Source: Penicillus capitatus (taxonomy: Eukaryota; Plantae; Chlorophyta). From it: 64,000 bases of DNA. The position numbers and the translations under genes are program-made. The DNA lies in the NCBI GenBank assembly GCA_965649825.1, contig OZ287707.1, positions 364,292-428,291 of the forward strand, given 5' to 3'. Positions 12,530-25,086 of the stretch are shown here, piece by piece; the first letter of the stretch is position 1; the number at the start of each line of letters is the position of its first letter. Under the pieces are notes generated by a model, which saw nothing but the letters and a program-made list of their open reading frames with translations, was not told where the DNA came from and ran no database searches.

Positions 12530-13910
12530 TCACCAACTGCCACTGGTGTAGACGTAGTATCTCTGGATACCATACAACAACTCCAATGCCTTGCTCATCG
12601 TACAGCCCAACAGAGGCAGAGACGAAACGACTTTCTGTGTAGAATCTAACCCATGCCTACATACACCCGATGCTGGTCCTGTCAGATATGGACGACGGTT
12701 ACTTGGTGATGCGTTCGAACAAAGGGGATCTCAGAAGGTAGATCAGGAAGATGGTTTTTCGTCGTTTCATTTCTTTCTTCTCCACAGGATTCCACTGAAA
12801 ATTACGCACCATGGTTAAATAGCTCAATAGTTGGTCTTGTATGCTGAGTTGCTTGGATCGATTCACACCAGCATACTTCATTAATGATTCACCCTTCGAC
12901 AATAGAAATCGACTGCAGAGATCCATTCCAAGCGAAATGAGCCATGGCTTCCAGGAATTTGTCCCAAGTCTAGAAGAACACGATATCCTAAGCGGATCGT
13001 CAGGCAGGCAGATGGGGGTATCACTTTCGAAGAGCGAAGACAGAGATGACAGGTCGAATGAGATACAACATTTCTCCAATGAGCAGCATGGTCTGTCCCA
13101 GTCGGTAATGCAGTCTTGAGTTATCTCGGTGTGGAGTATCGTGCTCATCTTCGTCCGTGTCTTCAGGAGAACGCGCCTTATCCCACCACGGCAGAAATTC
13201 AGCAGCAGCCGCAGCGTTATCCTAGAGATCAAGATCTTCGGACAAGGCATGATGATGATGATCATCGCTGTCTGCACTTCATTGATCGTATCCTCTGCTG
13301 TCGAGGTGCAGGAAGAAGAGTTCTGGGCAACGGTGTCCGTTAACTCCCGCGTCGCATCCCACGAGGACGAAATCAAAGACAGTCTCGAATCCGATAACGA
13401 CTTGAATGCTCCAAGGACACAGTCTGGATCTCTGCTGCACTCCATGTACGCATCAGCAGAGGATTTTGCTGGCAGGAGTGTGGTCAGCGCGTTTTTGGAC
13501 GAACTGAAAAGAAGAAGGCGCGTGAAAAGCTTGAAGAATTCTAATCCAGCCATGGAACTGTACACGTCGCTCTGCCCTAGCGTCGCTAGATGACTTGCCC
13601 TTATCTCATACAAAACTTCGACCTACAGACAATCAGCACCTCATCTCATGTGTGCCACTGCTGGATGGTTTGCCTGTCGAATCAGCTTGATAGCCATCGC
13701 CCAAGTGAAGCTGCTGTCTAAGCCGTCTTCCTTAAAACGCGCGATGCCGTCATAACAGACTCGCATGACGCCCAGTATAGACTGGCAGGCTTCAGCGGCG
13801 AGTTCATGGCTGGTAAAGCGATGGGGAATTAACCAGAGACACGTCGAAAGTACTTTGTCCAAGCCACCCAACAAATTATCTCCCAACAACAGCCCGTTCA
13901 CCAGAGACAT
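12530..13910 (-). CDS. PEX16: Peroxisomal biogenesis factor 16
   Basis: N-terminal STCLWLIPHRFTSHELAAEACQSILG and C-terminal KEMKRRKTIFLIYLLRSPLFE...QRYYVYTSGSW* match the plant PEX16/SSE1 pattern. Confidence 0.88.
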
Positions 13911-14136
13911 TCCCAGAGAGGAATTCATGTATGGAGGTGCGACGATCTTTGCAGAAACGTAAGATAGATGGGATTCTGTATTCGAATACGCGAGACTATT
14001 GTACGCCGTTTCGAAGGACAGACGTAGGCTTTCGCAAAGAGATGATGCGCGAATGAAGAAGAAGTCTTGGCGAGAAGCCCTTCAGACATTCACAGCCTTG
14101 GCGTGTCGGATGGCACGTTTACCAGGCAAACGACGG

Positions 14137-15272
14137 TTAGCACTTCTGAAACCGCATTTTGTACGTATAGATGACAACGGGCTGGAAGGATGGTAGAAAA
14201 TCGCCAGAAGACATCGGCGAGGGAAATTCTGACACTACTTGTGTGGCCACGATACCTGGACCACCAACACGATCCGCCTCTTGGGCGCTGCGCCACTTGT
14301 ACTTCGTAAAGCATTGACTGCCCAAGACGGTAGAAGAAGACATGTCTTCTGCCGTCTCCATGACCTAAACAGATATCGGATGTCGCTGTCAAGGCAGTTT
14401 TGTTTCGTCAGCAATTAACCATGCGCATAAACTCTGAAGTCTCTATTCTTTTCTGATCTTCCTGTTCTTTCTGGGAACGGCGTGTGACGAGCGTTGAGAT
14501 ATACATTCCGCCAGGAAGTGTCAGTTGCAGGGCATTCGGATTGTCTCGATCCCAACGAATGCGCTCACTGATATCGAGAGACTCGCCATAGTAGGGTTTC
14601 AGCATCTCTGCTGTGTTGAAGATGCGATCCAGGACGATCTGTCCCCGACGGTTCTCGACAAAACGAACCAGATACTGTATGGTCTGCTCAAGTTCAGATC
14701 GTGCTCTCTCAAATCCCTTCACACGAAATGAATGATCTGCGACGTGTTCTCTCCCGGTTGTGAGAGGAGAGTGGACCTGGATGCTGGAAAGAGCTCGGCT
14801 TTCGCCTAGGGGTGTCTCGACTTTGACAAGGGTGGATTGCACCTGCCACGTTCCGAGAAAGTCACGCGGAAAGGAGAGGTCCGAAGGACCTCCGCCAAGC
14901 TTCTCCCAGGTCTTGTCCACGGTGGCACCCAATTTCGACGCTTCTGCTTCTCGGGCCTCGAGTGCCAAGAGCAACCCTGTAGCCACACGTGCTTCATCTC
15001 CTGCGGTTTCTACAAATCTTTTACCAGTGGTTGAGATAAGGAGCAGGTCTCGCCGTTTGTGACGGCTGTGTGTCTTCGTCTCGTGATCGTCTCCCTGATT
15101 TGGATATCGGGTTGCTTTCAGATCTGCCGTCCTGAAGTACGTCTCCAGGCGTCACTTTTGGAAAATGGGAGGAGCATCGAAACCTGCGGTGTTTGCCAAG
15201 AAGGCGCCGCGGATGGATTGTTGAGTTCTTCGTGCGCGATTGCAGAGAAGACAGGCCTGTGAGCTCTGCCAT
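14137..15272 (-). CDS. Plastid-targeted protein, probably DUF6816 family, with twin-arginine-like lumen signal
   Basis: KRRDLLLISTT signal; FPRDFLGTWQVQSTLVKVETPLG, DRIFN, WDRDNPNALQL, SQCFTKYKWR. The family name is from memory and the first exon is uncertain. Confidence 0.55.
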
Positions 15273-15306
15273 GGGCTTTCAGTTCTTCGGTCGTCGTTTG
15301 TGCGAT

Positions 15307-15990
15307 TCATGAGTCATTCAAAATAGCCGACGCATAAAAAGCTCTCGTTGTAGCCGCTGCGCTTGTCAAGAAGAGCTTCTTACGTTCCATACTCGATGCC
15401 TCGAGTTCCGGTAAACTAAAAAAGAGACGCATCGCTGAACAAACGGCATGACGGTTCCACGACTGATAGGCATCCAGCACAAAAGATCCCGTACTGGTGA
15501 TAAACCTTTCAACGACGGCCAAAGAGTACGTCAAGTGTGTCTGTGCTTCTATGAGATCAACCTGGATCTGTGAAACGGGCCACTTTGAAATAACGAAGCA
15601 GATTCAGCAGACTCTCATGAGAGATTCCTTCGTTGCTTGTCCTCCGTCGATGAAGATCGTACGTAGCTAATACCTCAGTTTCTCAAGCAGAGCACGTGCC
15701 AGTATTGGATGCATCCACAAGTCAACGTACGTAGCTCACGCATAGCATTCATCGTTTGTTGCGCTTGAGATGCAACCCTGTGTTCGTTGTCAGACGGCAT
15801 AGGATTAGGCAAATGAGCTTTATGAACATGAGCCGGACACGGAGATGACGAACCAGAAAGAAACGCGTCCATAAGATCTGTGGAGAAATCCAGAAACGCA
15901 GATATTTGGTAAATGGCTTTCCAGGACTGTGTCGTCACGGTGTACGACACACTCACGACAAGAGAACGAACAATTTGCCGATTCGGATTG
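15307..15990 (-). CDS. Possible short multi-exon hypothetical gene
   Basis: Protein-like open stretches (VTTQSWKAIYQISAFLDFSTDLMDAF; QVDLIEAQTHLTYSLAVVERF...); no start codon or domain established. Confidence 0.25.
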
Positions 15991-16093
15991 TCTGCGCGTT
16001 GACGTAGCTGTCGCGAACTTGCTTTCTTCCTGTGCACGTCGCATCCGAGACAGTCAAAAGTCGTTTTGCTTGCTCTTTGTCTTTCTACACAAC

Positions 16094-19000
16094 ATGCAAA
16101 CCGAGAATGCAAGGCCCGAAGCTGGTCGCGGGAAACAGCGCCCTCCAGCCGGTCAGTCCGCTTTTCAAACAGCGAGGAGCACAATGCCTGGGACTTTCCT
16201 TCGAGAACGGGACGAACCAAAACTCTTGCGAGCTCTCAGCATTCAGCACGACATCAAGCGGACGGCGGAGCTGGTGACGACGTATAACCGGACAGATGAT
16301 GTGGACGAGCGCAACGTCCTTTACAAGTGGCTCGAATCTTTCAGCACAAACAAAGAGCGATGTCTCCGCCCCGGTGCCATTCTCCAATACGCACAGCTGG
16401 CAAAGATCAAAACCCGCAGTGACCGAGATACTGACCTGGTGAAGACCATGCTCTCAGATCTCTGTTCAAAGATCCCTAACGACAGATTTGCAGAAAAGAA
16501 CGTCAGTCTGGCGCTGTACCGAGCTCTCGTGTGGATCGATTCGTCTGTGGCGGACGATGTATCGACGATGGTGAGCTTGGGCGAAAAACTCTTGGCGAGT
16601 CTGTGTCCGACACTGGAACTGTACGCCGAGACCTTTGAAGAATTCGAAGGGACGTTTCTCGCTCTGCCATTGATTATTCATCATATTCAGAAGGTGGCTC
16701 CCTATCGTCTGTGCTGGTATGAGAAGAAAGAACTTCGTACAGCTGCGAACAAAAAGCGGCAAGTATTGAAGGATTCCTTCACATACTATCCCGCCCGTTT
16801 TCATTACGACCTTCTGGAGCAGAGCATCAAACGTCTCAATGCCAGACAACATGTTCCGTTCTCTGTCCGAATGATGGAGTGTCCCATTCTGAACTGTTGC
16901 AGCGCTGTACAAACGTACAACAGTTTCCGATCATCATCCTCTGCCTATACATACCGAGTCGTGACATTGGAAGATACGATTGAAGAGATTCGAGAAATCG
17001 CAAAGGCTCCTCGTATCCGAGAAGATCAATGGTATGTACTGCTTCAAGCGTTGACTGCTGCGAAACTGCAGACGGTGAAAGACGAGACAAAGATGGAGCT
17101 GTTTCTGAAAGTATTAGAAGCACTGATGGAGAGTCAGCAGAAGATGCGAGGCAGAGAAGGCGTCAAGAAACTGAGATTCGGAACAGTTCATGAACTGTGC
17201 CAGTTGTTGACTTACGGAAGTGAGGAAGTTCAGAAAAAAGCAGAGGAAGAACTGCTTTCACTGGCTGACAAGCGTGCCAGTGAAGAGAATTGGTTCAGAG
17301 ATGTAGACATCTTTGATGCAGTCATCAGAGCCGTGCACCAAGTGCACATCAGAGGAGGCATGCAATCAACCGAAACGGCAAGCCTTCTCAGAACGTTGTC
17401 GAAAACACCTAGCACTTTGCACAGAAAAGCTTTCTTAACATGGCTTGGCAGTGGCTGCCTTGAAGACAAGCTGAATATGTTGCCAGAATCAGAACGGCGG
17501 GTCGCTGACCGCGAAGAACTGTCAGCGGAGATCGGCGAAAAAATTGGATACATCCCTCTGGAAGAAGTCCATCGCAACATCGATGATCTGAAACAGAAAT
17601 ACAAAGACATGTCCTTTTCCATGGTCATCTCGCTGCATCCGGTCCAGCTGAATTCTGAAGTGTGCCTGCACAGGTGTCCACGCTTGGAGACGACAGAGAT
17701 CGCCGGAACGTTGGCGATATGAAGCATCATATCGTTGTTTACAAAGACACGGTACGGAAGAATGCGTATGACCACAGTACAGATCTCAGATCTCTCTACG
17801 ATCCCACATCAGAGCACTATACACGAGTGCAGAGAGCAACTGAGCCAGTTGATCTGGAGAATCTGTTCTGTTCGAACCCTCTCCAGCCCGACAGTGCTTC
17901 CGCGGTTAACAGAGTCCTGCTCTACGGTGATCACGGATCAGGAAAGACGTGCATCGGCAAGGCCATTGCATACAGATGGGCAATGGGGGAAATCATGCAG
18001 GATTTCAAGTTCGTTTTTATGGTGTCTGTGAAAGAACTGGACAGTTTGCGTCAAGTTGGGCAAAAATGGAACACGCTTGAGGAAGGCATCGCGAGTCTGT
18101 GCTACTCCAGCAGATACGACTCAGAAATGCAAACTCTGTTAACCTTGCTAGAAGATGCCATGCGAAGAACAACGACTTTGCTCATCCTCGATGGCGTGAA
18201 CGAAGGAGAGGATAGCGAAAGGTCAATGGTAATGGATGCAAAACGACGCCAATGCAAGATCCTTTTCCTCAGCCGTTCCTATAACATCTACAATGTGAGA
18301 TCCGACATCGATGTCGAGATGGAGTGCCTTGGACTCGACGAGAAGGAAGCCGAGAAGTATATTATCAACGAGCTGCCGGTCGGCGAAGGGGAAAGGTTCA
18401 TCGAGTATATTCGTTCGGATCCCGTCATGTGGGATCTCGTGCGCATACCTGTGACGACTTACATCCTCTGTCTCTTATGGAAGGCAGGCGAACCGGCACT
18501 CGCCGATGCCAAACACAGAACGATGGATTTTCCGATCTACACCAAAACGGCAAATTTCGTCTGGTCGAGATTTTCAAGAAATCCCGGAATGGAGAACATA
18601 TCACGGGATGAGATCTTTGAGCAGATGGAGTCCATCGCATTCGAGTCTTTTCGGAAAGGACAGATTCTCATCGGCCAGATCCTTGTCAAAGACCATGCGT
18701 CGACGTTGGTTCAATCGAGAGTGCTTATGGATTGTGGACTCCTCTTGTACAAAGAGGACAATGCAAAATACCAGTTTCAGCATCTGAGATTTCAGAAGTA
18801 CTTTGCCGGGAGGTATGCGGCGCGTCATTTACACAATACGCAGACCAAAGAGCATCGACACATTGCTGATTTTCTGTCAAGAGAAAAATACAAGGAGAAA
18901 CACCGATCGACGATATCCTTCATGGCTCAGGCGTTGGCTCAGCATCATGAAGTGGATGAACTGCGAGAGATCTTTTCGTTTATGGATCGGGATCCGATGG

Positions 19001-20469
19001 AAGTCATTGGCGTGCAGCATTTCTTTTCGAAGCTTCGCGTTATTGACTCTTGGATTGCTGGACTGTTAGAATCGAGCAATGAAGCATGGAAGAACAAAAC
19101 CGCTTCGCAAGTTGTTGGAGCAGCTGCACGTGTGCTTGCGCAATTGCATCCCACAACGCATCTGTGGAAAGTCACGATCAATGCGTTCCTCAAGTATCCA
19201 AATATTGTGCACGGATTCCCGGCAGTGCTCAATGCAATGATCGACGGGGAAAAACTTGAAGCCTTGATCCATTCGTATCGTTTTGAGGATGCCGTGAAGC
19301 TTGCAGAATATTCGCCCAAGCACTTAGAATCCTTGAAAGACATCGTGCGGAAGAGAATGGAGGATGAAAAGGAATCTGTCCGGAAACAAGGTTTGGAGAT
19401 GGCAAAAGATCTCTTGGCGCATCATCCAAGTCTCTTGAATGAGTTTCTTTCTCTTTTGGAGAGAAGCTGCACGCACTCTGATGAGGATGAGCGCCAGCGT
19501 ACGATGTTGGTCATTGGCACCATTACGAGAAAGGCGCCGACCCTCGTCGATCGTCTCTTAGCCAAACTTAAGATTGGATGTCTGGATGAAAGCGCAGGTG
19601 TTCGGGCGATATCCATGATAGCCCTGGCAAATTGCGCAGCGGCAGCAGTTCCCATGTCAGAAGACATCATCTCTCTCTTTCAGCGTGGTTGTGTCGATGA
19701 AGCCGTTGATGTACGGACGATGGCAATGCTTGCCGTCGGAAGCGCATTGCACAGACGTCCAAGATCTTTTAACGATTTCTTCCCGCTGCTCGAGAAAGGC
19801 TGCGAAGATGAACATACAGGAGTCCGTTCAAAAGCGATCGAAGCAATCGGCCGTCTCGCAAATGTTGTGCACGTGATAGAGCCCGATCCTCTGGACAGAA
19901 TCATGCCAATGGTGGAGAGAGCGTGCAATGACCCAGACAAAGACGTACGCTCAAATGCGTTGGAGGCACTTGGACGATTTGCCGCTGCATTCCCGCAACG
20001 ATTGTCGGACTGCGAGTCGCTCATCGAGAAAACGCATATGGGCAATGATGATGACGTTCGAAAAAATGCAGAGGGCGTGAGAGATGTGGTTCAGAACCGC
20101 GCCACTGTTAGACATTGCATTCCAGATGATCTTTTCCGAATGATAGAGGAAGGATCCACAGAAGGAGGCGATGGTCTTCAGACACATGTTGGAAATCTGA
20201 CGAGTGAACGTCTCGAAACTGCCAGCGTAAAGGCCACGAACACAAGGGCTCGTAACGACATTCAAGACTTATTAGAGATTTTGATCGAAGTTCCTATCGC
20301 CATTGAACACACTGGCCGTCCCGAAACCGTCAAGTTTGCTCCGCACAGAGCCGGCATACGGCCAACCGATGCGCTTTCGAGAGAAGCGGTCGACTTCGTC
20401 GTTTCGACAGCTGAAGATTGCTTCGAAGACAAGTATCCAGGTGTCCTTTACCTAATGCGCACTTCGTAA
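16094..20469 (+). CDS. NLR-like STAND NTPase: helical N-terminal domain + NACHT + HEAT repeats
   Basis: Walker A LLYGDHGSGKT, Walker B LLILDG, FQHLRFQKYFAG winged-helix motif, and HEAT repeats (GCLDESAGVR, GCVDEAVDVR, GCEDEHTGVR, ACNDPDKDVR). The two long ORFs join in frame through a 50-nt GT-AG intron near 17610-17660. Confidence 0.85.
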
Positions 20470-20926
20470 AAGACATCGCATTTCTGTCGACAAAGAAGCT
20501 TAAAACCCGACCAACCACCTTATTTCGCATTTCGGCAGACGTCTCCATCAGCTGCCGTCTAAAACGGTCGTTTGCGCTAACCGTCATGCCATTTCTCTTG
20601 TCTACAAATCTTCAACATGTGTATAATCAACTGCTTCCGGAATGGATTTTGAGTCGTTGCGTATTATGGGCTTTGAGGAGTTTTGGCTAGTCTACTGTTC
20701 AATGATGCATAGCAATGTTGCTTGAGAAAAACGCATTCTGTATACACAAATACCTCTGCTTTTGTAGTGATTTGTTTTTTGGGTAGGTGGTTATCGCTGA
20801 CGCTGAAAAGTGACTCTCTCACACGATAGAGATAGGAATCATCTCTATCTGTTCGAACTGCCATATAGTTTTAACATCTACTGTATTTGAATCGCGGTGA
20901 GAAGATTGTCGAACACTCAGTGTTTC

Positions 20927-21598
20927 TTAACGAAGCCACAACCGTCGATCGCGCATTGCATCTGCTATGTCATCTGGTTTGATCTCCACGAAGATAGCAG
21001 CCGTCTTGTTTGGTTATTAAGGCTTCCGTGAAATGGCGAGTCATCGTCGTTCCGAACCGCGGCAGAAGAAACCGCACTTTTCAAAGAATGCCCGGGAGTA
21101 TCCGACACGGTGCACCGGTGAGTGGTTTCCAAGTGTGAGATGGGAACGGAAGCCATGCAGAAACCACGAATGCTGTCATTACATGACCATTTTCAAGTTC
21201 GCTCTAGACATCAATCGCCAGGAGGTGTTCGAGACATCACAGATCTCTAGCCATTCTCCGTCGCTAACCATGAGAATCGGGGGCGGAAGTCTCTGAAATA
21301 GAATCACTCTTTTCAACATCTTTGGCCGCTTCTGCCTCGGCGATTCTAAACGCTTGCTAAATTCACAGAAGAAGTCCTTACCCCGTTCATCCTTATTTGA
21401 ATGCATAACCTGAATCTCTTCGAACGAAAGTGCCTCGTCCTCAAGCACGTCGTCAATTCTACCAGGCAGCTACCAATTGAACCGTTTAGTGGCAGTGCCG
21501 CATGAACAACACAGGACTTTTAGCTCGATATCTTCTTCGGGAAGATAAATTCGTGGAAGAGTTGGCTGTTCTTCCGAACGTCCTTTAGATGCTGCCAT
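20927..21598 (-). CDS. Hypothetical multi-exon protein (possible GNAT-like motif)
   Basis: ATG at 21598 gives MAASKGRSEEQPTLPRIYLPEEDIELK, spliced to LPGRIDDVLEDE...; downstream segment SRAFFEKCGF resembles the GNAT FYEKxGF motif. Confidence 0.4.
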
Positions 21599-21608
21599 TG
21601 TGACAGAG

Positions 21609-22948
21609 ATGGCAAAGATGATCGTTCTCCGTTCTCCGTTGCCTTCTTTGCGGCATCATCGCCCCGTGCCGAGTGTAAGTTGGCGTCCTTTTCCTTTTCG
21701 TCTGTTTGCCACTCTTGACCGAACCGTTCTCTTAAAGCCAGCGACACCGTCGCGTCAGACGGCCAAGACGAGCGGACCTCTCGACGAAAGCCATGTGCCG
21801 TTGTCGACCACGACACCATTTCTCCTCTCCAGTCGCCATCTGCCAACCTGGTGGCACACTCTATCAACAGGACTCGCGACGTTTGTGTTCTTCCTTTCTC
21901 TGGTGTGCTAGGCAGTGGACATAGGAATGTGGGATGACTGACGTTTCTATATGAACAGGTGCTTGTTCTTCCCTTGGCAGCTCAGGCGGGGAGGACAGGT
22001 GGTAGAATGGGAGGCTCGAACTTCTCTCGCTCGATGTCGCACTCGTCTCGCTCTTCTTCTTCATTTCGCAGCACTGGAGGGAGCTGGACTCACACAGCGA
22101 GCCCCACGCGCGTCTCGGTCAATTCCTTTTTCTTCCCGAGCTACGGTTTCGGAATGGGATACGGCGGAACATCCCTATTCTCCTTAGTCTTTTATGCCTT
22201 TGCTGCGTATCTGCTCTTTTCTGCAGTGCAGCGGTGGAGAGAAGATGGCGGCGGCGACGACGACTATACCGAAGACGCTCCCTCGCAACGAGCGACGGTA
22301 TGCAAAGTACAAGTCGGTCTACTTGGCCTCGCTCGCGGTCTCCAAGCCGACTTGGATGTCATTGCTCGCCGGGCCGATACCTCCACCCCCTCGGGACTGC
22401 ACTTCCTGCTCCAAGGCAAGATATGGAATCGATGAAGATATCTCAAACCGACCGTCTGTTCAGAAACGCTACTGGCACTGAATCGTAATCCCGACTACTG
22501 CGTCTACGGTGCCACAGACGTCAAACGCGCGAGGAACATGGAACGAGCCGAGATGGGATTCAACCGGATGTCGATGACGGAACGCGGCAAGATTAAGGAA
22601 GAGACCCTGTCGAACTGGGAAGGACGCACGGCCGAGAGACGCTCTTCTCTGCCGAAACAGACTGTCAGCAACGAACTGATCGTTGTTACCATTCTCGTGG
22701 CGGCCGTCGGAGATCTGAAGCTTGCGACTGTTCGAAACAAAGGCGAATTGAGTGCGGCATTGAGCCAGTGAGTGATCGTGATATCTCAAACGACGATTCT
22801 CGAAGTTTGTGTATGGATATCTAGACTCGGATCGGTCAGAGCGCGTGATGTTTTAGCTGTCGAAGTTTTGTGGACGCCACAAGACGAAAATGATACCTAC
22901 ACGCCGGAAGAGCTCATGTCGGATTATCCTGAACTCGTGGCCTTGTAG
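21609..22948 (+). CDS. FLAP1: DUF1517 protein / fluctuating-light acclimation protein 1, plastid-targeted
   Basis: Transit-peptide-like N-terminus; GRMGGSNFS, KVQVGLLGLAR.LQADLD.IARRADTSTPSGL, LALNRNPDYCVYG, NELIVVTILVAA, AVEVLWTPQDENDT. Confidence 0.88.
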
Positions 22949-23219
22949 AGAAGAGGATACATGCGCAAAGCTTTTCAACTATACCTGCACACATTCTTTA
23001 TCCATCCATGTTCACCGTTGAATGACCGCATCGCCTGTGTTCGCGCCCACGAGGACTGGAAGCATCACGATATCGATCGCGCTATGGCACACAGTGATAA
23101 GTTAAGACGCCATGACACAACGTTCTCGATTGACACTTGCGAGAATATGTAATCACTCTCGAATCCCACAACTGATAGAAACCTGCACGGCATATCGGAA
23201 GGTGGGTTCCGGTGAGATA

Positions 23220-24954
23220 TCATGTGAAGGACTCAATGCTCGGACGGACTGAGAGGTATTCCACAGCGGCCTGTGCAGCATCCAGCATCGTCGGAAACTC
23301 AAAGGACCGCAGATTCTCGTCGGTGCAGTGGGAAGACATGTTGAAAGCCATCTGACGCACACCGGCCAGTTTCTTCTCCTTTGTGTCCACCCAGAGGAGC
23401 GTTCTCCCGATCAGTGTCGCCAGTACACTTCCGTGCATTCGATTCGTGATCACCACGCGGCCCTTGGAGATGATCTTGACGGCTTCGTTCAGCCGGACCT
23501 CTGAGAGGATTGTCGGATTGGCGGCGGAGAACTCGGTGTAGTTCGGACGATGGTGCCAGTCCTGATAGGCGAAGGTGACGTTCGATCGTTTCAACAACCG
23601 CTTCGTGAGCTCTTTCTCTGCCTTGTCCTGAGCGGGAAGCTCGCCATCCGTTCGAATCAGGACCAGGATGTCGACCTCTGGTTCGCCGATCGGCAACAGA
23701 TCTCCCAGAACGAAGGCCACGTCCGCCGTTGACACCTTATTGATGTTCGAACCGTAGTGCCTCTCGGCGAATTCAAAACTGTCTGCCTGTCTGGTGAAGA
23801 GCGTGAAGAAGTTGGGCTGCAGACTGTGCATCAAGTAGTCGTCTACATCCACCGACACGTCCTCTTCATTCTTGTAATATATGGTCTGAGGAAGCTGGGC
23901 GACTTTAAAGTTGTATCCTGGCTTTTCAGAACTGTAACCAAAAACTTGAAGAGCTTTCATGCGGTACTTCTGAACGAAACGATAGAGATCTCCCCAGTTG
24001 CCTCCAGCGTGATAGAGAACCAGACCGTTATCCTTCACCAGGTTTATTATGTTGGCCAGATCGCAGTGCGGGAATTGGGACATTGTTCCGTAGAGGTCAT
24101 TGGCTGCTTGGGAGGCAGCGCAGACGTGATTGATGGAATGTCCATAGAGAGAGGCGAGATGTATAGCAGCTCTCCAGAGAACACTGTCCCCCATGTTCGT
24201 GTGCAGGGCAACATCCATAAGGATAATGCGTTCGACATTGGTGAACAGAGGACGAAAGTCTTCGACGATCTGATCCCTGATGTCTCGCAGGCATTGTTGA
24301 CGGCCCACCTCCAGACCCCCGAACTTCTCTCGAAAGCTTACATCTGAGAGCTTATCTTCGCCCGTACTGCTGCAGTGTGGGCAATCATTCAATCCTAAAA
24401 GCGCCTGAGCAGCAGCAGACAGTCAATCAGGCCAGAATCGTCTTCTATACCTTCATGGACGATTCGATCAGAGCCTTTCGATTGGCTAACTCCTGTTCAT
24501 CCAAACTCGACTTGGACGGCTCTGACGAAGGAAGGACCGAGCCATCTGGTGATGGGAAAAACGTAGAAGATTGTATAGCCGTTGACTTTTCAGGAAGCAC
24601 AGCTCCGGACGTTGTAGCAGGAGGGGACTGCGAGGCGTCTTGAGTGGAGGACGACGTGCTTTCGGAAGCATCTGATGCAGCCGTTCCATTCTTTTCTGGG
24701 TAACTGCGTTCTGCATGTACAAGCGTCACTTTCTGAACGGAGACCTTGTCCACTGGCTGTCGGATGTCAAAATAGTTGCTCCCTGCCGTATCAGTGGTCT
24801 GCTGCACTGTCGAGCGAAACCTTTTCCCGAAGTAGCGTTCATCGGGTAAATGTTTCCACGTAATAAGCAGAGCCAGACCCGTCAGCACCAGAACAAGCGT
24901 CGCATAAATTCGACATCTCCAATGTCGCCTTCCGCTTGCGCGAAGCATCTGCAT
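23220..24954 (-). CDS. Polysaccharide pyruvyl transferase family protein (Pvg1/EpsO-like), type II membrane protein
   Basis: N-terminal TM anchor (IYATLVLVLTGLALLITW) and Ser/Thr-rich stem; motifs HTNMGDS, AGGNWGDLY, QLPQTIYY, SKGRVVITNRMHG. Confidence 0.82.
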
Positions 24955-25086
24955 GTTTGTTTCGGCGAAAACCGTTTTCTGTCAAGAAACAGTATTCCGT
25001 CCTCTGTTCGTACAGATGATGGGACGGCGACTCGAAGTGTCGTCCCCTCCTGCTCTTTTGCACGTCCTGTAGATCTGGATTTACAC

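Noticed and set aside
13129-13593. 154-aa + strand ORF (and other long antisense ORFs such as 23757-24347, 29205-29729, 31783-32349, 61578-62198)
   Set aside because: Shadow frames opposite well-supported genes (PEX16, pyruvyl transferase, SNF2, CFAP65).
17600-17722. Frameshift/pseudogene between the two NACHT ORFs
   Set aside because: A 50-nt GT-AG intron (gtcctt...tctgaag) joins them in frame.
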